Below, in pieces: positions 7,826-16,419 of a stretch of DNA of 20,000 nt. This DNA comes from Anaerolineae bacterium. GTDB lineage: Bacteria > Chloroflexota > Anaerolineae > B4-G1 > DUEL01. Position 1 is the first letter of the stretch. Each line of letters opens with the position of its first letter. The DNA lies in the NCBI GenBank assembly GCA_041082215.1, contig JBDOIF010000041.1, positions 123,500 to 143,499 of the forward strand, given 5' to 3'. The position numbers were made by a program, and so were the translations under genes. The notes under the pieces are model-generated. The model was not told the DNA's origin, did not search any database, and saw only the letters and a list, made by a program, of their open reading frames with translations.

Positions 7826-9133
7826 TTACCTCCCTTCAATCAGTTCTCGTCGCCGTTCCATCTCCTCCCGCAGCCGCTGTGCTTCTGGCGGGTAGACGAA
7901 ATAGTAGGCGATGGTCACCAGCAGGGCAATGACCCAGAAGCCGCTGACCAGCACCAGCAGGGTGCGGGTCAGGCCGATGCGGTCAGCCACCCCGCCGAAG
8001 ATCAGAATCATCACCGAGGCGAAGGTCCCCTGTACGAATTCGGTGAGAGCCATTGCAGTGCTGCGCAGTTCTGGACGAGTGACGTTCTGGACCATCGGCT
8101 GCTTGGAGCCCCGCCGCGTCCAGTCCAGGAAAAAGGCGGAGATCACCGAGGCGATCAGGATGCGGAGCGGATCGGTGGCCTGCAGCAAGAGGTAGAGAAT
8201 CGCGGGCAGGGAGACCGCGATGGAGAATTGGGAAGCCAGCGTCCGTCCATAGCGCGGCCAGCGGGTGTCGGCCCAATCTCCCGCCAGCCCGCCAACGACG
8301 CTGCCGATGGCCAGGGCGATGACCACCCCACCGAAAAAGAGCGGCGCGTCCGCCTCCGAGAACCCCCGGTCGTCCACCAGCCAGGTGACATAGAAAATGG
8401 CCAGCGCGTTTATGGCGGTGAGCAGGAAGCATCCCTGGATGAAATTGGCCCACACCGTCCGCAGCCGCAGGAGTTCTTTCACATCGGCCAGGCGAAAGCT
8501 GAAGCGGGCCGCCGCCTCCTCGGTGATGACGTCCTCCAGTTCCGGCTCCGCTGCCCCGCGCACCGGGTCGCGGATCAGCACGGCGATAACCAGGCCGGAG
8601 AGGATACTGGCCGCGCCCAGTGAGATGAAGGCCCAGCGCCAGCCCACTTCGGGAATATTGAGCATCTCTCCGAAGGCGAAGGCCCCAGCCACGATGCCGA
8701 ACATGCCGATGGCGCTGATGGCGCCCATCGCCCGTCCCCGCCGCTGCGGGCCGAAGACATCGGCCAGCATGCTGAAGGCCGCCGGGTAGAGACAGCCCAG
8801 CCCAATGCAGGCCACCACCCGCACCACCAGCAGTTGCCAGTAGTTGGTGATCAGCCCGCACACCAGCGTCCAGACCCCCCACAGGCCGGTGCCGATGACC
8901 AGAATCCACTTGCGGTTGAAACGGTCGGCGGCCATGCCCCAGAAGGGGCCGCTGAAGGTCTGGAAGATGATACGGATGTTGTCAATCACGCTCAGGGCCA
9001 TATAGTTGAGACCCAGGGCGGTCCGTACTGCCGGGAAGAGCATCGGCAGGGCCACATCTTCGGCGCTATCTATGAAGAACCCGAAACCCAGGGCCCCGAG
9101 GATGCGCGCCTTTTCCCCCCTTGTCCTTTTCAC
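7826..9133 (-). CDS. MFS transporter (Spinster/ACS-like, not GPH)
   Basis: MFS motif A (WGMAADRFNRK), plus ADVFGPQRRGRAMG and PELRSTAMA. About 12 TM segments. GTGA overlap with the upstream stop. Confidence 0.9.
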   Translation of the reverse strand: MKRTRGEKARILGALGFGFFIDSAEDVALPMLFPAVRTALGLNYMALSVIDNIRIIFQTFSGPFWGMAADRFNRKWILVIGTGLWGVWTLVCGLITNYWQLLVVRVVACIGLGCLYPAAFSMLADVFGPQRRGRAMGAISAIGMFGIVAGAFAFGEMLNIPEVGWRWAFISLGAASILSGLVIAVLIRDPVRGAAEPELEDVITEEAAARFSFRLADVKELLRLRTVWANFIQGCFLLTAINALAIFYVTWLVDDRGFSEADAPLFFGGVVIALAIGSVVGGLAGDWADTRWPRYGRTLASQFSIAVSLPAILYLLLQATDPLRILIASVISAFFLDWTRRGSKQPMVQNVTRPELRSTAMALTEFVQGTFASVMILIFGGVADRIGLTRTLLVLVSGFWVIALLVTIAYYFVYPPEAQRLREEMERRRELIEGR

Positions 9134-10491
9134 CGCTGGCCTCCTTGAGAAATGCCAAATCGCTCTCGCAGTCGCTCATATCCCCGCTGGCAGATGCCCA
9201 GCAGGTAGAACTCGCACTTCCACTCTCCGGGGCCACAGAAGCGCTCCAGGTCGGCCGGAGCCACCCGCTCGGCCAGCAGTCGCTGCAGGTCCTCCAGACG
9301 GGTCACCTGGCCGGTCCGCAGGCCCAGATGGGCCAGCACTGCCGCATCCTTGCTGATCTTGTTTTGCCAGCCGGTCACGCAGCGTCCCTCCTCCTCCGAC
9401 CAGTAGGAGCACTGATAGCAGAAGATGTCGTAGCCGTAGATGGACTCAATCAGGAGGTCTGGAGAAGGCTGCAGGCGGGCGACCAGTTCGCTGTATCCCG
9501 CGCGGAAAGCCGGGAACTGGAACAGTTCCTCAAAGGCCCCGGCGCACAGATGATGGTGCCCCATCAGGCGGATCCGCTGACTCAGGTCCACCGGGAAAAT
9601 CTGCTCTAACTGCGCGGCTGACCAGCGAGAGGATTCGGGAGGCCGGTCCAGACTGGGACGGACCGGGGCGGGCTGAGCGTCCGGCAGAGGCTCGCTCATC
9701 GTCTGGAACAGTTCCTCCAGGTCGCCAAAGCGCACCAGACGGAAAGCCTCGGCCATCCGGCCCTCCGGCAGGCCAAAGGCTTTCGCCACCGCGTTGGCCT
9801 GCTCCTGGAAGAAGAGGGCCAGCAGGGGGCGCATATCGCCGTCCATTGCCTCCTCCAGCCAGGGCATCCGTCGTCCCCAGGTACGCAGTTGAAGTCGGTA
9901 CTGGTTGATGGTGTTACGCATCATCTGCCGATGGGCGCAGACCGCCTCCACCTTGCGCTCCATGTACTCGGAGACATCCTCGGCGTGATTAGCTTCCGGC
10001 AGGTGACGCCCGAAGTACCAGCGCTCACACACTGAAAACGGCTCCAGCCCCTCGGCGAAGTGCTCCGGATGATGCAGGTCAAAGCAGGAAACCCAGAAGG
10101 CCTCTTCCACTGCCTGGGCCACCCGGACGTGGTCCATATTCCCCTCGTAGAGGCCGAAGGGGTCAAAAGTGAAGACCGCGTAGGGACGGTACTTGCGGAA
10201 CAGATAGACAAAGCGCTCGCGCAGGGCGACTTCGGAAACATCGGCCAGGCAGTCCGTTTCGTAGCCCAGTTCAACGATCTCGGCGATCCCCAGGATTTCG
10301 GCGGCGCGGTGAAGTTCCTCCGTGTTGCGACGCCGGGTCTCTTCTACCGTCAAACCGACGGAGTCCTTGCCATCGTCGGTCACCCGGACCATCACCACAT
10401 GCCAGCCCTGGTCGGCAAACTTGGCCAGGGTGCCCCCGCAGAAGGCCGCGGCATCGTCGGCATGGGGACTGATGACCATTGCTGTCGGCAT
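9130..10491 (-). CDS. PIG-L/LmbE family N-deacetylase fused to a C-terminal Cys/His-rich DUF1284-like domain
   Basis: N-domain motifs SPHADD, GGTLAK, RPYAVFTFDP, NMDH, AHRQM. A Pro-rich linker follows, then IRLMGHHHLC...GYS...DIFCYQC...KDAAVLAHLGL...FC...CEF...IC. ATG 10491 has an AAGGAGGT SD. Confidence 0.85.
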   Translation of the reverse strand: MPTAMVISPHADDAAAFCGGTLAKFADQGWHVVMVRVTDDGKDSVGLTVEETRRRNTEELHRAAEILGIAEIVELGYETDCLADVSEVALRERFVYLFRKYRPYAVFTFDPFGLYEGNMDHVRVAQAVEEAFWVSCFDLHHPEHFAEGLEPFSVCERWYFGRHLPEANHAEDVSEYMERKVEAVCAHRQMMRNTINQYRLQLRTWGRRMPWLEEAMDGDMRPLLALFFQEQANAVAKAFGLPEGRMAEAFRLVRFGDLEELFQTMSEPLPDAQPAPVRPSLDRPPESSRWSAAQLEQIFPVDLSQRIRLMGHHHLCAGAFEELFQFPAFRAGYSELVARLQPSPDLLIESIYGYDIFCYQCSYWSEEEGRCVTGWQNKISKDAAVLAHLGLRTGQVTRLEDLQRLLAERVAPADLERFCGPGEWKCEFYLLGICQRGYERLRERFGISQGGQR

Positions 10492-10502
10492 CGTGACCTC
10501 CT

Positions 10503-11510
10503 TCACAGGTGAACAGGGGGCAAATGGACGACCTCTCCCGTGCGGGCGCTCTCGTAGGCGGCATCCACCACCCGCATGTTGATCCAGCCCTCCATCCCGC
10601 CGGGGACCGGCGGACGGCCCTGCCGGATGCAGTCCACAAAGCAGGCCATCTGGTCATCGTACATGCTCTGCGGACAGTGGGGGTCCCGCACCGGCGGGAA
10701 ACCGGACGACACTTCCTGGCCTCCGATCACCAATCGGGTCGGGAAGACCTGCCCGAACCCCGCCGTCCCATAGAGTTGGGTCGCCGCCTCCGGTCCGTCG
10801 GCGTAGGGTTGCCACCAGCCCGATTCTATCACCGAGACCGCGCCGTTATCCCAGTTGACGATGAGCACTCCCGTGTCGTCCACATCGTAGTCGCCATAGT
10901 GGATGCCGACGCGGGCGTAGACGCCCACCGGCAGCGGGTCTCCCAGCAGGAAGCGGGCGGTATCCAGCGCGTGGATGCCCATATCGGCCAGCGCCCCACC
11001 TCCGGCGAACCGCTTCTGGGTGAACCAGCCGCCCGGCCCCCAGTTGACGTGAACGCCGTACCCTTTGGTGCGGACGATGCGGCCCAACCGTCCCGCCTCC
11101 ACCTGCCCGCGCAGCCAGCGGACCTCGGGGTCAAAGCGCCAGCAGTGGGCGACCATCAGGAGCGCCCCGGAGCGGCGGCTGGCGGCGACCATCGCTTCGG
11201 CCTCTGTGGCGTTCATCGCCATGGGCTTTTCCACCATCACATGCACGCCCGCCTCCAGCGCAGCGATGGTCTGTGGCGCGTGGAGGTAGTTGGGCGTGCA
11301 GACCACCAGCGCGTCCACCCCGCCGTCGGCCAGAAGGTCGGCGACGTCCAGGTACTGGCGGGGGATGCCGAAGTCGGCGGCGAAGGCGGCCATGGACTCC
11401 CGTCGGTGGTTGACCACTGCCGTCAGCTCCACGTCGGGGAGTTTGCGGGCCGCCTGGGCATGGACGCGGGCGATGAAACCGGTGCCGGTAAAGGCGATTC
11501 GCAGGGTCAT
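10503..11510 (-). CDS. Gfo/Idh/MocA family NAD(P)-dependent oxidoreductase
   Basis: Motifs GTGFIA, CTPNYLH, HVMVEKPMA, GGGALADMGIHALD. ATG 11510 has an AGGAGGT SD. Confidence 0.93.
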   Translation of the reverse strand: MTLRIAFTGTGFIARVHAQAARKLPDVELTAVVNHRRESMAAFAADFGIPRQYLDVADLLADGGVDALVVCTPNYLHAPQTIAALEAGVHVMVEKPMAMNATEAEAMVAASRRSGALLMVAHCWRFDPEVRWLRGQVEAGRLGRIVRTKGYGVHVNWGPGGWFTQKRFAGGGALADMGIHALDTARFLLGDPLPVGVYARVGIHYGDYDVDDTGVLIVNWDNGAVSVIESGWWQPYADGPEAATQLYGTAGFGQVFPTRLVIGGQEVSSGFPPVRDPHCPQSMYDDQMACFVDCIRQGRPPVPGGMEGWINMRVVDAAYESARTGEVVHLPPVHL

Positions 11511-11511
11511 T

Positions 11512-12513
11512 TTACCTCCTTGGATCCAATCCGCCCTGTGCCTCAGCGGTGCCCAGGGCGTGGGCGATGCCATAAGGCAGGCCGTGGCGGGCAGCGTATT
11601 CGGGCAGACCCTCAAGAGTCCGCCCCACGGCCTCCGGGGGAATCGCGTCCAGCGGGATGTGGCAGGCCCGGAGCGCCTGCTCCAGGGGGGTCGTCTCCTG
11701 CCCCTGAGCCCGGGCCATCAGCAGAATGCCTGGCCCCACCAGTTCGGCGTGCGTCCGGCCCGGCCCCACCTCGTTTTCAACGGCGTAGGCGAAGTAGTGC
11801 TCGCTCCCCTCCTCCGGGCGGGAATGGCCCACCAGGTTGCAGAGCATGACCTCCAGGGCCAGACACTGGAGCAAAACCTGCAGCCCCTCGGGGTCCCCCG
11901 CACCGGCAGCTTCGGCGCAGTCCAGCGCTCCCTGAAGAATACCCCGCGCCACTTCCGCCACCCATTCCACGTAAGCCATTTCTGGCGGGTTCTGACCCTG
12001 CCCTTCGGCGAAGCGCCAGTCCCAGAGCGCGGTGGCGATGGAGAGGACGTCGCAGATGCCAGCGGCCCGAAGGGACAGAGGTGCGGCGGCAATGAGGTCC
12101 AGGTCCACCACCAGCAGCTCAGGGGGCCGGGTCTCTATGTACCGCACACAGCCCCCCTCCCGGACACCGGAGGCCCAGGTGAAGAAGGCATCCACCGAGA
12201 GGGCCGTCGGAATACAGACCAGAGGGAGATTTCGCCGGGCGGCCAGGAACTTGGCCGCGTCGGCGGCCAGGCCGCCCCCCACCGCATAGACCACCTCGCC
12301 CTGGAGTCCATCCAGCAGCCCCTGCCAGTGGGCCAGGGTAGCCTGGCGGGGCTCCGCCCGCCAGACGACCGGCAGGCGGAGCTGGCCCTGTACCGCCTCC
12401 CAGGCGGGACCACCGGTCACCAGCGCCGCCGGTCGGCGCTCCTCCCATCGGTCCAGCGGGAGGAACCGGACGGCGGGAAGGGGATGGACAACCGATCCTG
12501 CAGGGATGCTCAT
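11512..12513 (-). CDS. sn-glycerol-1-phosphate dehydrogenase-like (AraM/EgsA; DHQS/Fe-ADH superfamily) polyol dehydrogenase
   Basis: Motifs AVGGGLAADAAKF, IPTALSVDAF, AAGICDVLS, DW, SRPEEGSEH and HAELV (metal-binding His pair). Confidence 0.82.
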   Translation of the reverse strand: MSIPAGSVVHPLPAVRFLPLDRWEERRPAALVTGGPAWEAVQGQLRLPVVWRAEPRQATLAHWQGLLDGLQGEVVYAVGGGLAADAAKFLAARRNLPLVCIPTALSVDAFFTWASGVREGGCVRYIETRPPELLVVDLDLIAAAPLSLRAAGICDVLSIATALWDWRFAEGQGQNPPEMAYVEWVAEVARGILQGALDCAEAAGAGDPEGLQVLLQCLALEVMLCNLVGHSRPEEGSEHYFAYAVENEVGPGRTHAELVGPGILLMARAQGQETTPLEQALRACHIPLDAIPPEAVGRTLEGLPEYAARHGLPYGIAHALGTAEAQGGLDPRR

Positions 12514-13901
12514 CGCCAGAACTGCGGGAGATACTCGCGGTAGGCCGTCAGGTAGTCATCGAGAATCAGCCGGGCCACTTCGATATCGGTGATCACCGGG
12601 TCCAGGAGCAGACACTGCAGCGCAGCGCGGCGGTCGCCGTGGACGGCGGCGTCCACGCACAGGCGGACCACTGCCAGTTCCCGCCGGCAGAGTTCAGCAA
12701 TGGGTTCGGGCAGTGCTCCGACGGCCACCCCCTGCACCCCCGCCCCGCTGACCAGGCCCGGAACCTCAACGATAGCCCCCTGGGGCAGATTGGAGATGGC
12801 CCCCTGGTTGGGCACGTTCACCGCCAGATGATAGTGATTTCCGGCCCCGGCGATGTTCTCGATCATCTCCAGCGCCCCCTCGCTGTCGCTCTCGCTCAGA
12901 TTATCCAGGCTCAGCCGGCCGTCGGCCAGGCGGGCGACCTCATCGTGTCGGACATGCCGCACCTGTTCCCAAACATCCCATTCATAGAGGTCAAGGCCGT
13001 ACTTCTCCCACGGGCAGGTGACGGGGTCGCTGACCCAGGGGAGATACTCGGAGAGATGTTCATCCCCCGGCACAGGGAACAGGCCAAAGATGTCGTACAT
13101 CCGGCGGGTCAGCGGCTCGAAGGCGGGGTCCATCTGCGCCCAGCGGGCCGCAAAGAGCGGATACAGGTCCTCTCCTGTGAGCCGATCGCGCAGGTCCAGC
13201 ATCCAGGTAAAATGGTTCAGGCCAGCGGCCTTGATGTCAATCCGGTCCACCGCCTGGCGGATGACCACCTCGCGGGCCGGAATGGTGGAAAGGGACGCGC
13301 GGGTGTCGGTGAATCCCTCGGGGACGGTGAAGCCCAGGTCGGCGGCCAGGGTCAGGCCCACGACAGCATAGGCGACGTAGATTTGATGGCAGAGGCCGAC
13401 GACCCTGATGCGGCTGTAGCGGGCAACGGCGTCGCAGATGCGGACCATTGGGTTGGTGTAGTTGATGAGCCATGCATCGGGGCAGAGCCTCTCCATATCC
13501 CGCACCACCTCCATCACCGGGCCGATGTTGCGGGCGGCGTGGGCGAAGCCCCCCGGCCCACCGTTCTCCGCGTAGGGTTGCCGCACCCCATACTTTAACG
13601 GAATCTCGTAATCGCTCCGCCACAGTCCCTCCCGCGGCGGCACCTCGATGGAGAGGACCACGAAGTCCGCGCCCTCCAGCGCTTCGGCGTGGTGGGTGTG
13701 GGTGGAAAGAGTCATCTGGGCGTCCCATTCCCGGTTGAGGCGCTGGGCCAGGCGGCCCATCAGCGCCAGCGCGTCGGCGTTGCGGTCCACCAGGGCCAGG
13801 CGGCTGCCGCGCAGGCGGGGACTGCGCATGAGGGCAGCCAGGGTATTCAGGCCGAAACTGACGCTTCCGGCCCCGATCAACACGATGTGTGTGGGAAGCA
13901 C
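12510..13901 (-). CDS. Glycoside hydrolase family 4 (NAD+/Mn2+-dependent, MelA-like alpha-glycosidase)
   Basis: Motifs IGAGSVSF, ENGGPGG, INYTNP, GLCH, GLNHFTW, NVPNQGAISNLP, VEVP, LLDP. GTG start with AAGGAGG SD. Confidence 0.93.
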   Translation of the reverse strand: MLPTHIVLIGAGSVSFGLNTLAALMRSPRLRGSRLALVDRNADALALMGRLAQRLNREWDAQMTLSTHTHHAEALEGADFVVLSIEVPPREGLWRSDYEIPLKYGVRQPYAENGGPGGFAHAARNIGPVMEVVRDMERLCPDAWLINYTNPMVRICDAVARYSRIRVVGLCHQIYVAYAVVGLTLAADLGFTVPEGFTDTRASLSTIPAREVVIRQAVDRIDIKAAGLNHFTWMLDLRDRLTGEDLYPLFAARWAQMDPAFEPLTRRMYDIFGLFPVPGDEHLSEYLPWVSDPVTCPWEKYGLDLYEWDVWEQVRHVRHDEVARLADGRLSLDNLSESDSEGALEMIENIAGAGNHYHLAVNVPNQGAISNLPQGAIVEVPGLVSGAGVQGVAVGALPEPIAELCRRELAVVRLCVDAAVHGDRRAALQCLLLDPVITDIEVARLILDDYLTAYREYLPQFWR

Positions 13902-13916
13902 AGGAGCCTCCTTACA

Positions 13917-15338
13917 TCAGCCACGGGCCAGGAATGGCCGGACCACCTGATCGAGAACAGCATGCGGGCGGCAGTTCTTGAGGGCAAACGACGCCAGTAT
14001 ACGGTCAATTTCGTCTTCCGACAACTCTCTGAAGAGCCCGGCGTAGGCCGGCTGGAAGATGGAGGAGATGCAGACAAAGGCGACGAACATCACAAAGTTT
14101 TCTGAATGGACCTTCAGGTCGGAGCCCCATTCGGTCAGGGTCTGGTTGACCCACCCCTCCAGCCCCTGTAGAAGGGCAGCGGGACCATCGGGGGGAGCGC
14201 CTGGCTCGCCGTAGGTTGCGAAGTGGCTCCTGGCCCTCAGGAGGGGCTGGATGACCTGCAGATAGGGAGAGGCGGGGTCCACCTGCACCCAGCCCATCTC
14301 CCCGATGTCCTTATAGGTCCACATCGCCCAGTGCGCGCCGGCCTCCTCGAAGACAGCGATCTGGTCGGCGGCGGCGCGCAGCCGGTCGGGGAGTTCCTCC
14401 GCCGGGCCGCTGTAGGAAGGGCCGAACTCGCCCACAAAGAGGGGGATGCTGTGCTGGCGGGCGTACCGGGTGCCCTCGTGCTCCTCAAACTCGCGGCGCA
14501 GGGCAGCCTTATCCCAGTACTGGCCCTGGATCACGCCCGGGTAGGGGCCAGGGCCGCCGGTGGGCGCGGTGTAGTGGTGGCTGGCGCACACGACGTTATC
14601 GTCGAAGGGGCCATCCAGACCGGCGAAGAGGGTCGAAAAGCCGTCCCCCTCGATGAAGAGAATGTGGTCAGGGTCAACAGCGCGGATCGCCCCGATCACC
14701 CGGCGGTAGAGGGCGTTCATCCCCTCCCAGTTTGGCCGGTAAGGGGCAGAGACATAGCGAACGCGGGTACAGGGTTCGTTGACCAGGTCATACCCGGCGA
14801 CCGTCGGGTTGCCCCGAAAGCGGCGGGCGATCTCCTCCCACAGGGCAACGAAGCGATCCTGGAAGTGCGGGTGGTCCCACAGGAGGACCAGACGGTTGGC
14901 GTTGTCGCAATGCCAGTCGGGATTCTGCCAGCCCTGGGCGGCGTGGAAGTCCAGGATGACGTAAATCCCGTGGCGGGCGCACCAGCGCACCGCCCGATCC
15001 AGCCGGTCGAACCCGGCCTCCAGGTACTGGAAGGGGCGGTCATCTCGCTCGAAGTGCCGGTAGTTGAAGGGCAGACGGATCACGTTGACCCCGACCGATT
15101 TCAGGAAGGCCACATCCTCCTCGTTGAAGAAATGGTCCAGCAGTCGCTCGAAGAAGAAGTGGGCCTTCCGCTCTCCCAGGACCCCGGCCATTGTGGCCCG
15201 CAGGCGGTGTTCGGCGCCCGGGAAGCCGTTCATAAAGTCTTCCATGTTCATCCACCCGCCCACGTTGACCCCCCGCAGGCGGACCGGTTCACCCTGCCGG
15301 TTGACGATCTGACCCTGGTGTACCCGAAGCATGTCCAT
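13917..15338 (-). CDS. Glycoside hydrolase family 5, cytoplasmic
   Basis: Motifs LRGVNVGGWMNME, IRLPFNY, ILDFH, GYDLVNEP (acid/base Glu), HHY, FVGEFG (nucleophile Glu), WTYK. No signal peptide. Confidence 0.93.
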   Translation of the reverse strand: MDMLRVHQGQIVNRQGEPVRLRGVNVGGWMNMEDFMNGFPGAEHRLRATMAGVLGERKAHFFFERLLDHFFNEEDVAFLKSVGVNVIRLPFNYRHFERDDRPFQYLEAGFDRLDRAVRWCARHGIYVILDFHAAQGWQNPDWHCDNANRLVLLWDHPHFQDRFVALWEEIARRFRGNPTVAGYDLVNEPCTRVRYVSAPYRPNWEGMNALYRRVIGAIRAVDPDHILFIEGDGFSTLFAGLDGPFDDNVVCASHHYTAPTGGPGPYPGVIQGQYWDKAALRREFEEHEGTRYARQHSIPLFVGEFGPSYSGPAEELPDRLRAAADQIAVFEEAGAHWAMWTYKDIGEMGWVQVDPASPYLQVIQPLLRARSHFATYGEPGAPPDGPAALLQGLEGWVNQTLTEWGSDLKVHSENFVMFVAFVCISSIFQPAYAGLFRELSEDEIDRILASFALKNCRPHAVLDQVVRPFLARG

Positions 15339-15341
15339 CGG

Positions 15342-16415
15342 TCACATCTCCTTGGACCCGGTCAGTTTGATGCCCTGAATGAAAGTCCTCTGAGCAAAGA
15401 AGAAAGCGATGATGATCGGCAGGGTGAAGATCAGCGAAGCCGCCATCAGCAGATTCCAGGAGACGATGTGCTGCCCCTGGAAATCCTGGAGGCCCAGCGC
15501 CATGGTGAACTTCTGGGGGCTCTGCAGGTAAACGAGCGGGCCCAGGAAGTCGTTCCAGGCCCAGAGGAAAGTGAAGACCGCGACGGTGGCCAGCACAGGG
15601 ACGGAGAGGGGCAGGATGATACGGGTGAAAATCTGGAACTCCGAAGCGCCGTCCACCCGCGCTGCGTCACACATCTCCTCGGGGATGGTGCGGAAGAACT
15701 GCCGGAGCAGGAAGGTGTCGTAAGCGTTGGCGAAGAAGGTGGGCACGATGAGGGGGAGGAAGGTGTCTCCCCAGCGGAAAACCTCGTTGAAGAGAATGTA
15801 CATGGGGATCATCGTCACCTGGAAGGGGAGCATCATCGTCGCCAGGACCAGCACAAAAAGGGCGTCCCGGCCGGGGAACCGGAGGCGGGCGAAGGCATAC
15901 GCCACCGGCGCGTTGGAAAGCAGCGTCCCCACCACAGCGAAAACGGCGATGATCAGGCTGTTCTTGAAGTAGGTCCAGAAATTGACCCCCAGGCCGGGGC
16001 GGGTGGCCCGGTTCATGGCGTCGGCGAAGTTCCGCCAGCGGAAGCCCACACGCAGGATCGGCCGGGCATCGCGCAGGCGGACCTGCATCGGCGTTGAGGG
16101 GTCGGCGGGGTCCACAAAGGTCCCCATGCCGGAAAAGGCGCTGACCAGCGCCAGCTGGCGGGTGGTGCCGTCCAGTGTCACATTGTACAGCGGGAACCGT
16201 TCACCGTTCACCTCAACAGTGACGTTGTCGTGCGGAAGGAGCGTCGGCGGGGTGCGGAAGACGTCAATGTCGGATTTGAGCGCGGTGGAGACCATCCAGA
16301 GAAAGGGGATAAAGAAGAACGTGCCCACACCGATAATGGCCATATGGCTGAGGGCGCTCTGCACCTGTCGGCGGAGCGAGAATCCTCTGGGCTGACGACG
16401 AAAGAGCCTGGACAT
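15342..16415 (-). CDS. Carbohydrate ABC transporter permease (MalG-like, CUT1)
   Basis: Motifs PFLWMVSTALK, AYAFARLRFPG, EAA loop IPEEMCDAARVDGA, and WNDFLGPL. Start placed at ATG 16415, just after the upstream stop. Confidence 0.95.
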   Translation of the reverse strand: MSRLFRRQPRGFSLRRQVQSALSHMAIIGVGTFFFIPFLWMVSTALKSDIDVFRTPPTLLPHDNVTVEVNGERFPLYNVTLDGTTRQLALVSAFSGMGTFVDPADPSTPMQVRLRDARPILRVGFRWRNFADAMNRATRPGLGVNFWTYFKNSLIIAVFAVVGTLLSNAPVAYAFARLRFPGRDALFVLVLATMMLPFQVTMIPMYILFNEVFRWGDTFLPLIVPTFFANAYDTFLLRQFFRTIPEEMCDAARVDGASEFQIFTRIILPLSVPVLATVAVFTFLWAWNDFLGPLVYLQSPQKFTMALGLQDFQGQHIVSWNLLMAASLIFTLPIIIAFFFAQRTFIQGIKLTGSKEM

Positions 16416-16419
16416 GGAG

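Noticed and set aside
1188..12513. Aminoglycoside/AHBA biosynthetic cluster (BtrC-, BtrR-, BtrD-like set)
   Set aside because: The DHQS-superfamily gene has G1PDH motifs, not cyclase motifs. There are no glycosyltransferase, kinase/phosphatase or resistance genes. The importer, hydrolases and LacI control point to catabolism, though biosynthesis is not fully excluded.
11512..12513. Evidence for archaeal-type ether lipid synthesis in a bacterium
   Set aside because: No GGGP/DGGGP synthase or prenyltransferase is in the window, and the context is sugar catabolism.
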